Shown here: positions 9,335-17,566 of the stretch, in pieces
Position numbering within the stretch: the stretch's first letter is position 1
Layout: every line of letters starts with the position of its first letter
NCBI GenBank assembly: GCA_006226565.1
Contig: SBGO01000480.1
Coordinates: forward strand, 1 to 53,003
DNA from: Deltaproteobacteria bacterium
Lineage (GTDB): Bacteria; Myxococcota_A; UBA9042; PHBI01
DNA length: 53,003 bases
Direction of reading: 5' to 3'
Notes under the pieces: model-generated
The model's input: only the letters and a program-made list of their open reading frames with translations
What the model was told of the DNA's origin: nothing
The model's database searches: none
Position numbers and translations under genes: made by a program

Positions 9335-9899
9335 GCGAACTCGACGACCGCAAGCGCTCATCGTCTGCGTCAGCGCGTCGCCGCCCCCGCACGAGGTCGG
9401 ACTCCGTCATGAGCTTGGATTCGACGCCGGCTCGACCGAGACGGTCGTGGTCGTCGAGGCGTTCTTCGGGGAGTGGATGCATTTCGGAGGTAGACGCCTC
9501 AGCGGTCGTGCGCGGCCGACGGCCGCGATCCCGTCCTGGGCGGCTCGTACTCGTGGTGGGACCGTTTCGCCTATGCGGACTCCTCGACGGCTTGGCCGAG
9601 AACGCCCCTGGCGGCTGCGTGGTCCTCGCAGGTGGACTTCGGCCGGCGCGGACCCCGACGCCGCGAGCCGGCCGTATCTCGCGTGCCCTGGAGGTCGTCC
9701 TGGGCGGGTCCAAGCCGGGCGACGAGCGGGACCACGAACGGTCGCGGTCGGGCGTCACGGGGTCGGGGGGACCTGCGTCTCTGTCATCTGCCTCGTCGGC
9801 AAGCGCGAGGGTGATTGGCCCCATTGGCAGCGCAAAAGGACCATTTGTGCCCTTCTACGACCCGTATCCGTCGTCAGCGCCCTTTTGCCGTGCGTCGTG

Positions 9900-10040
9900 A
9901 CCGGGGTCAGCGCCCCCGCGGGAAAGCCCATCGCCCTCACCACCGACCTCAGCGCCACGTCCACAGTCGCGCTCGTCGAAAGGCGCACCCATCGCGCCGA
10001 CATCATCGCCATCGAGGGCAAGAGCTGGCGCCACAAGCCA
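9900..10040 (+). pseudogene. Degenerate IS21-family IstB (helper ATPase) C-terminal fragment
   Basis: Translation KPIALTTDL...ALVERRTHRADIIAIEGKSWR resembles the IstB C-terminal IxxTTN...AxxDRLxHxxxxxxIxGxSYR motif. Confidence 0.5.
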
Positions 10041-10074
10041 CAAGGAAACTCGCGATCGTCTCGACCGCCGCGAC

Positions 10075-10705
10075 GACGAACATGCGTGAACGCCACCCCT
10101 CAACCGGCGTCGTCCCATTTCCGCGGTTCCTCATGAGCGTCTACAGTCGCGGACGCCATCACGATCCTGGTCGAGATAGCCGCGCCACTGCGACCACACG
10201 AGGCGAGCGTCCTCGAGACAGTCCGCGCGCTCGAGGTCGTCCGTCGTCGACGCCCGGAACAGGAACACGAGCTCACCGCGCCGGTCGCGCAGTTCCTCGG
10301 GGAAGATGCGGTAGCGCTTGATGCGGTCGACCCGGTCGAAGGCGCCTGCGCGTTTGACGCGCACCCTCTGTTGGTGCGGAACAAAGACGCGCAGTCCGTC
10401 GAAGCCCGGCTTCGGGATGCCGGCCCGACCGGTCGCCTCGGCGATGGTCGCGGCGTAGAGGTCGATGACGAACTCGCGGCCGGCTCGTCGGGCCGCATTG
10501 AACACCGTCACCAGGCGGCCGATGTTCTGTGCCGAGAAGGCTGTGAGGACGAGGCCACGGGTGTGTGAGAAGGTGAGGGGCAGGTCGTTCTCGAACTCGT
10601 ACTCGGTGAGTACCGGACGCGGCGCCTCCCTCGCAGGCGGGACGTTGGTGCCCTCCGTGAGGAGCACGTCGATGGCCGGCGGCGGGTCTGCGAGGAGCCG
10701 GTGGT
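10075..10705 (-). pseudogene. Truncated MBL-fold/beta-CASP (RNase J-like) hydrolase fragment
   Basis: PPPAIDVLLTEGT, SAQNIGRL, VIDLY, WSQWRGYL motifs; N-terminal HxHxDH half missing; frame breaks before the HTSGH motif. Confidence 0.7.
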
Positions 10706-10713
10706 GACTTCAA

Positions 10714-11454
10714 TCATGTCTTGAAGCGCACGTTCGTGCGAATCAACCCGCTCGACGGATGGGGGCCCGCATACAGGACGATAACGCGTGACTTGCCGAA
10801 CAGGTTGTTGCGGTGGAAGTAAACGCGAGCGGCGTCCTCTCTGGTCGTCCTGTCGCCTTCCTTGAGGTGCCAGCAGGTTCGGCTTGGCCGGTCGGTCGGG
10901 GCCCCGTCGTGATACACGTTATATTGGAACTCGACCCCGCCGCTGGACGCGTAGCAGATGCCCCGTTGATTGAAGTAGGCGTCCAACCGCCCGGCGCTAG
11001 GGTTGCTACTGTACTCAAGGAGCGCTTGGGCAGCGCGGGTCATGAACCGTTGCCGTCGCTGAGTAACGTCGTCTGCTCTCGCGAATGCGTCCTCTGCGAA
11101 CACCATGAGGCCCTTCGATGACTCTGCTGCGACCATGAAGGCTCTACCAGGCGGTACAACCGGGACCAACGCTGGCGGCGGTGCCGTCTTGTGGAGCCAG
11201 GTCTGAAGCTCATCTTCTGTGGGCTTCTCTAGGACAACGTTGAAGCAGTGAGCCTTCAGAGCCCGCCGATATTCCTTGGTCAGGCTGAAGCATGCGATCG
11301 GGGCGTCCCGCTCAGCGTACAGTTCGCCGAGGGTCCGACCGCTGGGTTGTTCTTCGCTCGGGTCTCCGATTAGCTTGACGTCAACGAAGTTCGAAGCGGT
11401 GAGCAGCCCCTCCAGTCGTGTGTGATACCGCGCGTGGCATACAACGAAGCGCAT
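10714..11454 (-). CDS. Hypothetical protein with a C-terminal RelE/ParE-like motif (candidate toxin/effector)
   Basis: WHLKEG...RVYFH...VIVLYAGPHP; GGAGA RBS; atypical codon usage. Confidence 0.7.
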   Translation of the reverse strand: MRFVVCHARYHTRLEGLLTASNFVDVKLIGDPSEEQPSGRTLGELYAERDAPIACFSLTKEYRRALKAHCFNVVLEKPTEDELQTWLHKTAPPPALVPVVPPGRAFMVAAESSKGLMVFAEDAFARADDVTQRRQRFMTRAAQALLEYSSNPSAGRLDAYFNQRGICYASSGGVEFQYNVYHDGAPTDRPSRTCWHLKEGDRTTREDAARVYFHRNNLFGKSRVIVLYAGPHPSSGLIRTNVRFKT

Positions 11455-11483
11455 GGCCCGTCTCCGTCGAGCGAGGCTCTACG

Positions 11484-12335
11484 TCAGCGCTTCCCCGCGA
11501 GGACATCCATCACAAGACCGATCGGGAGAGGCACCTGTCTCAACTGGTCATCGCCCATTCTATCGACGACTTCCTTCACCAACTGTCGCAGGTCTCGCTC
11601 TTTTGGACCAGCAGCCATCGTCTTGGGCGGCTTCGGCCGAGCCGCGTATCCTGATTGGATAATGGTCTTCATCGCCGCGTCGGCCGCTGCATCGCTGGTG
11701 CAAGTCTCGGCCAAGCTGCGTTGCAGCTCTTCCCGAAGTCTCTTGTGCCGATGGCTTGTCCAGTCATCGGCGCATGTCGCTCCTCCAGCGCGGATTGTCG
11801 TCAGCCACTCGCGCCACCACCCATCGCGTGCAGACTGGACGAGACTCAGTAACTCGGACCGGAGATCTTCACTGGGGATGGCGCTACTGTCACGTGCGAA
11901 CTCCATGGCGATGCGCTCGTGAACCTCCGGGGCGGCGGGAGGGAGCACCACGCCCGCGCAATCCTGAGCTCCCGTTTCAGGCATCATGCTGACGGCCCCT
12001 GTGGCAGCATCGACGCAGATGACGAACGTCGCTCGCGGGCTAACCCACACGCGCCAGAACTCGTCTTTCCGCGCGCCGCCGTGGTCGGACGTCGCCCATT
12101 CCGTCAGGCCCCAGATCGGGTCGAGGCCGGAGTGACCGATGATCGCAACGCCATCAACATGGAGCGTCATGAACTCCTTCAGGTTCCGTGCTCCATAGGC
12201 TCTTGGCTGGAAGTCCGGCGCTACGCTCTTGATGACGTTGCCTGCCCGCGACCCCATGAGTCCGTCCGGCGCGGCCTGCCGAATCGCGTCGCGGACCGCA
12301 TCGCCAATCGTTTCGATGGTTGAGCCTTCGGTCAT
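11484..12335 (-). CDS. Hypothetical protein with an N-terminal OST-HTH/LOTUS-like motif
   Basis: GNVIKSVAPDFQPRAYGARNLKEFM resembles the OST-HTH PDFDPRxYGxxxLxxL pattern; GGAGG RBS before ATG 12335. Confidence 0.7.
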   Translation of the reverse strand: MTEGSTIETIGDAVRDAIRQAAPDGLMGSRAGNVIKSVAPDFQPRAYGARNLKEFMTLHVDGVAIIGHSGLDPIWGLTEWATSDHGGARKDEFWRVWVSPRATFVICVDAATGAVSMMPETGAQDCAGVVLPPAAPEVHERIAMEFARDSSAIPSEDLRSELLSLVQSARDGWWREWLTTIRAGGATCADDWTSHRHKRLREELQRSLAETCTSDAAADAAMKTIIQSGYAARPKPPKTMAAGPKERDLRQLVKEVVDRMGDDQLRQVPLPIGLVMDVLAGKR

Positions 12336-12541
12336 GTTCCCTGCCTCCAAGAGAATAGGAAGCGGCGCCGCACTGTGCAGACGCCCTTCCTTCATTTGCT
12401 CTTTTCGCGCAGGATTGGCCGAAACGATCGATTGTCTGTGGACAATCTCGGACCAACCTCCGGTCCAATCTGAGCCGCGCACCCAGCTCAGAGAGGCATC
12501 CCTGGAGGGCCATAGGGTGCTATCCCATCCAGATTGAGGAA

Positions 12542-12570
12542 ACGTTAACCTCCCCCTTCGTACGAGTCAA
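12542..12570 (-). promoter_or_regulatory. Sigma70-type promoter for the 12335/11454 gene pair
   Basis: TTGACT-17 nt-TAACGT on the minus strand. Confidence 0.6.
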
Positions 12571-12841
12571 GCAACCTCATTCGTGGCCGACGCCCGAAAC
12601 GCCCGCGTAGCAGTCCGACGAGCGCCCATCTCGCTGCACGAGTCGAGAAACGGAGGCCGAACCATGACCGACGAATCGAGCGTGGGCGACGAACGAGGGA
12701 TAGATGGCGAGGATCGCGCCAACAGATGCCATTCGTGGTCTAGGTGGGTCTAGGCGAGGCAGTTGAGTGCTTGGTGCGCGCTGTGAGCAGGGCAGCCGGA
12801 CTCGCCTGTGGCAGTTCGTTGACTGCGTCCCGGAGCCGCTC

Positions 12842-13858
12842 CTATGTTGGGACGTAGGTCTTCCGCAGCGGCACCAGCGCACGGGCGCGTGGGTCGAGTT
12901 GCTCGTAGTACTCCAAGAGGAGGTCGCGCAGATCGGCCAGGTTGAGGAGCTTCAGGGGCACGTTGGCCCGATCCGCCTCGTACTTCGCGTCCTTCGTGAA
13001 ACCGCCCGTGCTGACGTAGAGGCATCGATCCCCGGCGCTTCGGCCGCCGAGGAACGAGCGGATCTCCTGACTGCCCATCGTGCTCTTCAGGCGGTGCTTC
13101 ACCTCGACGAAGATGCGCGGCTCCTCGAGCCCGAGCCCGTCGGGTGACGCGAAGATGTCGACGCCGCGGTCGGCGCCGCGCGGCGAGATGGTGGTCTTGT
13201 ACCCCATCGCCCTCAGGATCCCGGCGACGAGCTCCTGGAGTTGCTCCCAGTCGAGCGCGGCGATCCTGTCACCAACCGCCTCTTCGGACTTCCCGAGGAG
13301 CTCCTTCTGGAAGTCGACCGCCGAGTCGCCCGCGGTCGTGTCCTCCGGCGCCGGGGCCGCCGACTCCTCGGCGAGCTCGTCCAACGGGACCGCCTTGGTG
13401 AGGACCTCTTTGGCGGCCTTCGTGTTGAGCAGGAACAAGGTCTGGATCGCGCCCAGCGTGTTCTTCGTCTCGACGCTCAGCACGTCTCGCGGAGCGGCGC
13501 GGGTCCACTCTACCTCGCGGACGTGAGGCATCTCCTCGATCTGCTTCGGCCGCCAGCTCACGTCCGAGGTGACCTCGCCGACGAGGTAGAGACGTCGGTT
13601 CTGGTCGTAGGTGATGACGGTGTCGCCGGTCTTGATCTCATTGACGAAGCGCGCGATCTGCCCGGTCTGGTTGCTCACCGTCGCCTTCGACTGGCTCGGG
13701 AAGACCTGCTCGTAGCGCGCGACGATGTCGCTCTTCGGCATGTTCGGCGCGAGCTCGCCGAGCTCGCGCCACCCGATCGCGACGACGCCATGAGACTCGA
13801 ACTCTTCGACATGCACCGCGCTCGCGCCGGCGCGTACCATCCAGGTCGACGGCATCAT
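12842..13858 (-). CDS. mrr: Mrr-family (type IV) restriction endonuclease
   Basis: WMVRAG...VAIGW N-terminal domain; ELVAGILRAMGY...GADRGVD...VEVKH...LYVSTGGFT Mrr catalytic domain. Confidence 0.9.
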   Translation of the reverse strand: MMPSTWMVRAGASAVHVEEFESHGVVAIGWRELGELAPNMPKSDIVARYEQVFPSQSKATVSNQTGQIARFVNEIKTGDTVITYDQNRRLYLVGEVTSDVSWRPKQIEEMPHVREVEWTRAAPRDVLSVETKNTLGAIQTLFLLNTKAAKEVLTKAVPLDELAEESAAPAPEDTTAGDSAVDFQKELLGKSEEAVGDRIAALDWEQLQELVAGILRAMGYKTTISPRGADRGVDIFASPDGLGLEEPRIFVEVKHRLKSTMGSQEIRSFLGGRSAGDRCLYVSTGGFTKDAKYEADRANVPLKLLNLADLRDLLLEYYEQLDPRARALVPLRKTYVPT

Positions 13859-16041
13859 GCCTCCTGTTGAACGTCGATTTCGCCCCGATCGCCGATGTAG
13901 AAGACGACCGTCCTTCGCTTCGCCTCGAGAGCTCGTCGGCCGGTCCCCGCTCCTCGGGTGGTTTCCGGGTGGCTATCTCGGATCGAGAGATCGAAGCCGA
14001 CGATCTGCACCGGCTCATCGGGCTCGTCCGCCGCGACCCACCGGGTGCTCTCGATTCTCGTCTCGCCGAGGCGTTCGTCCACGGAGGTGACCGGCCAGCC
14101 CCGTCGTTGAAGCTCGGCCACGACCGAGTGGAAGGCGTAGCGACGAGACATCTTCTCGATGAACTCGTCGCTCGTCATTCCGCGTGCCACCTCCACGCCG
14201 TCCCAGTCGGCCGCGAAGACATAGCCGCCGCCGGCCTCTTCGCAGACGTAGACGTCGTGGTGCTTCGAGACGTGGATCGCCATAACCACGACCCGCCCTG
14301 GGACGAGCGCGGTGTCCGAGGCGAAGCTGTCGAATTGATGCCCGGTGTCCTTCACCGCGCGGATGATCGCGGGCAAGGACGCGAGCCGGGCGGGGCCGTC
14401 TCCGTTCAGAGAAGATGCGACCTGGATCCTTCGTTCAGCCTCTGCCGTCGCGCCGTCAACCGAGGACCTCACCGGTCCCGCGGAGAGGTCGTCCAGAATC
14501 CCCTCGAGCTGCTCGACGACGGAGCGGAGGTCTTCGACGATCTCCTCGGTGATCTCGTCGGGGTCGGGGAGGTTCTCGGCGTCGAGGAGGCTCTCGTCCT
14601 TCAGCCAGAACAGGTCGAGGCTGCACTTGTCGCGGGCGACGAGCTCCTCGTAGTCGTAGGACCGCCAGCGCCCCTTCGGCTGGTCCTCCGACCAGGTGGG
14701 CGCGCGGCCCTGTCGGTCGTCGGCCTTGTAGCAGGAGACGAACTCGTCGAGGTCGCGGTCCTTCATGCGCTTCGTCTTCAGCGTGAAGTGCATGTTCGTC
14801 CGCAGGTCGTAGACCCAGAGCTTCCGCGTCCAGGCCGTCTTCGAGGCGGGCTTGCGGTCGAAGAACAGCACGTTCGCCTTGACGCCTTGGGCGTAGAAGA
14901 TGCCGGTCGGCAAGCGCAAGAGCGTGTGGCAGTCGCACTCCTTGAGCAGCTCCCGACGGATCGTCTCGCCCGCGCCGCCCTCGAAGAGCACGTTGTCGGG
15001 GACGACGACGGCGGCGCGGCCGTGCATCTCGAGCAGGCTCTTGACGTGCTGAACGAAGTTGAGCTGCTTGTTGGTCGTGCTCGCCCAGAAGTCGTCGCGC
15101 TCGTAGACGATGCGCTCCCGATCCGTGTCGCCCTCGTCGGTGACGACCATGATGCTCGACTTCTTGCCGAAGGGCGGGTTCGTCAGGACGACCTGATAGC
15201 GGGTCGAGCCGAGCTCGCGCAGGGCGTCGTCGGTCCTCACCGGTAGCCGGGCGTCGATCTCGGCGTCGGCTTCGTCCTTGCTCTTGCCCGCGGCCATGAG
15301 CTGCTCGTGGACCACCTCGAGCTCCTGCGGGGTCGGTCCGACGCCGTGGAGCATGAGGTTCATGGCGCAGAGCCGGGTGACGCTGTGGACGATCTCGACG
15401 CCACGGAAGGCGTGCAGGCGCAGGTGCTCTCGATCTTCGCGGGTGAGGTTCGCGTGATTGGTCGGGTCGGTGAGGTAGGCGTGTGCGGCCAGCAGGAAGC
15501 CGCCCGTGCCGCAGGCCGGGTCGATGATGCGATCGCGCGGGGCAGGGCGGATGCACTTCACCATCGCGTCGATGAGGGCGCGGGGCGTGAAGTACTGGCC
15601 CGCCCCCGACTTGGTGTCCTGGGCGTTCTTCTCGAGCAGGCCCTCGTAGGTATCGCCCTTCACGTCCACACCGACCATGACCCACTTCTCGCGGTCGATG
15701 AGGTCGGCGATGAGGCGGCGGAGCTTGGCCGGATCGCTGATCTTGTTCTGCGCCTTTCGGAAGACGAGGCCGAGCAGGCCGTGCTGCTTGCCCAGGTGCT
15801 CGAGCGTCTTGCGGTATTGGACTTCGAGGGCGTCGCCGTCCTTCGACATCAGGGTCGGCCAGTCGAAGCCCTCGGGGATGGGCGACGGGCGCTTCCACGG
15901 CGGCTTCGTGTACTCGTCGGCCATCTTCAGGAACAGCAGGTAGGTGAGCTGCTCGGTGTAGTCGCCGTAGGAGAGGCCGTCGTCCCGCAGGACCTGGCAG
16001 TAGCTCCAGAGCTTGTTGACGAGGGTGCTTGGATCGCTCAT
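13855..16041 (-). CDS. hsdM: Type I R-M methyltransferase subunit M with a ~210-aa C-terminal extension
   Basis: GQYFTPR, DPACGTGGFL, NPPF motifs; the usual end (LPDPD...ILDDL) lies near 14485. Confidence 0.95.
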   Translation of the reverse strand: MSDPSTLVNKLWSYCQVLRDDGLSYGDYTEQLTYLLFLKMADEYTKPPWKRPSPIPEGFDWPTLMSKDGDALEVQYRKTLEHLGKQHGLLGLVFRKAQNKISDPAKLRRLIADLIDREKWVMVGVDVKGDTYEGLLEKNAQDTKSGAGQYFTPRALIDAMVKCIRPAPRDRIIDPACGTGGFLLAAHAYLTDPTNHANLTREDREHLRLHAFRGVEIVHSVTRLCAMNLMLHGVGPTPQELEVVHEQLMAAGKSKDEADAEIDARLPVRTDDALRELGSTRYQVVLTNPPFGKKSSIMVVTDEGDTDRERIVYERDDFWASTTNKQLNFVQHVKSLLEMHGRAAVVVPDNVLFEGGAGETIRRELLKECDCHTLLRLPTGIFYAQGVKANVLFFDRKPASKTAWTRKLWVYDLRTNMHFTLKTKRMKDRDLDEFVSCYKADDRQGRAPTWSEDQPKGRWRSYDYEELVARDKCSLDLFWLKDESLLDAENLPDPDEITEEIVEDLRSVVEQLEGILDDLSAGPVRSSVDGATAEAERRIQVASSLNGDGPARLASLPAIIRAVKDTGHQFDSFASDTALVPGRVVVMAIHVSKHHDVYVCEEAGGGYVFAADWDGVEVARGMTSDEFIEKMSRRYAFHSVVAELQRRGWPVTSVDERLGETRIESTRWVAADEPDEPVQIVGFDLSIRDSHPETTRGAGTGRRALEAKRRTVVFYIGDRGEIDVQQEA

Positions 16042-16057
16042 GCGGGTCGGGCTCCGA

Positions 16058-17566
16058 TCAGGCGCCGTGTTCGGCCTGGATGCGGGCGAGTAGGGCCGTC
16101 GCGGGCTCGTCGCTCGGGTCTTGGGGGACGAGCTTGCCCTCGAAGGCGCGCTTCAGGATGGACTGCCGGAGGTTGCCGCAGCGGGTGAGGTTCCGCTCGA
16201 CGGCCTGTTCGGCGGCGTCGAGGACGGACAGACGGCGTTCGACCTCGGCGACGATGCGCTGTTGCTCGTGAAGGGGGGGCAGTGCGACGCGAAGCTCGCG
16301 GATGTTTGTCAGATTGAGCCCTGGCTTTCCCGCGCCGTAGGCGGCCTTCTCCAGTTGTGGTCGGCCCCCGCCGTGAGCCATGAGCCAGGTGTGCAAGTAG
16401 GGACTCGTGACCACATCGACAGGTCGGCAAAGACCGACGTGCTGGTTGACGTACGCCTCTCCCACATCGGCTTGGACCCACGCCGATATGGTGACGTTCG
16501 CGCCCGTGATGATGATCAGAACGTCGCCCATTTGCACTCGTGTCCGCGTCCCTTCTGCTCCGGCGGGCAGCTCCACGTGGGCTACCAGTGACAGATCGAG
16601 CCTGTATGTGTTGATATCCTGCGAGCGGATGAACAACGGGCCGGACTCTGAGTAGTACCGCGCCCACCCTCGGGAGCCGCTCGTTACGAACTCGGTCATC
16701 TGGTCGGTCGTTGCCCACACCCATCCCTCGGGCAGCTCGGGTAGCCCATCGGTGTCCGGCTCGACCGGCGGCGTGTACTTCTTCTTCCCCCCGGCGGCGG
16801 CCTGCTCCTCGTCGTGCTTGCGCTTCCGCTCGGCCAGGATGCGCTCGAGCAGGTCGGCGGCGGGTTCGTAGGTGCGGCCCTCGGCCTTGGCGAGCTCGGC
16901 CTCCGTGGGCACCAGCCGGCCCTCGACGGCGGCCTTCAGCACGCTGGCCCGTGCCCGCTCGAGCTTGACCTTCACCCGCTCCAGGGTGGCGACGGCGTCG
17001 TCGAGGCGGGTGAAGTGCTTCTCGATCTCGGCGACGATGCGCTCTTGCTCGGGGAGTGGGGGCAGAGCAGTCGGCCAGCGAACGACGGCCTTCGCGCCGA
17101 TGTGGTGGATGCCGACTCCTCTGGATGCCCGCGCGAATTCCCCGGTTAGGGCGTCCTTGACGAAGTGCAGATGCAGGAAGGCAACAAGCTCTCCGGGCGC
17201 TCGCACACGGATGAGCGTGTTCTGGAAGCAAGCGCCTGGCACCTGCCCCTTCCATACCGCAGGCTTCCCTACCTCGGATGCACTGCCAGACGCCTCGGCC
17301 AGAAGGATGTCACCGACCTGGAGGACGTAGACCTCAGCCTCAGAAGGCGTGAAGTCCATCTCCTTCACGTCATGTAGGCTGATCCCGTCCCAGGTGACGT
17401 TTGCGGCGCGCATGTACGGTCGCATGTTCGGGCCGGTCGCTTTCTCGGGGCTCCGCTGGCGCCCGAGTCGAACCTCGGCGATCTCGCCAAGTCGCGTCGC
17501 TGCCCACCCCGGCGGCAACCCGTTATCGCTCCCGGCGTCGAAATTCATGTTCAGTTGTTCGCTCAC
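16058..17566 (-). CDS. hsdS: Type I R-M specificity subunit S
   Basis: Two LPxGW starts and two LPPLxEQxRIVAE conserved regions flanking two A/T-richer TRDs. Confidence 0.95.
   Translation of the reverse strand: MSEQLNMNFDAGSDNGLPPGWAATRLGEIAEVRLGRQRSPEKATGPNMRPYMRAANVTWDGISLHDVKEMDFTPSEAEVYVLQVGDILLAEASGSASEVGKPAVWKGQVPGACFQNTLIRVRAPGELVAFLHLHFVKDALTGEFARASRGVGIHHIGAKAVVRWPTALPPLPEQERIVAEIEKHFTRLDDAVATLERVKVKLERARASVLKAAVEGRLVPTEAELAKAEGRTYEPAADLLERILAERKRKHDEEQAAAGGKKKYTPPVEPDTDGLPELPEGWVWATTDQMTEFVTSGSRGWARYYSESGPLFIRSQDINTYRLDLSLVAHVELPAGAEGTRTRVQMGDVLIIITGANVTISAWVQADVGEAYVNQHVGLCRPVDVVTSPYLHTWLMAHGGGRPQLEKAAYGAGKPGLNLTNIRELRVALPPLHEQQRIVAEVERRLSVLDAAEQAVERNLTRCGNLRQSILKRAFEGKLVPQDPSDEPATALLARIQAEHGA

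Noticed and set aside
12664-12753. 29-aa ORF on + with a GGAGG RBS
   Set aside because: No motif or supporting context; may be chance
16058-17566. Phase-variable (invertible) hsdS locus
   Set aside because: Single hsdS; no silent TRD copies or flanking inverted repeats seen
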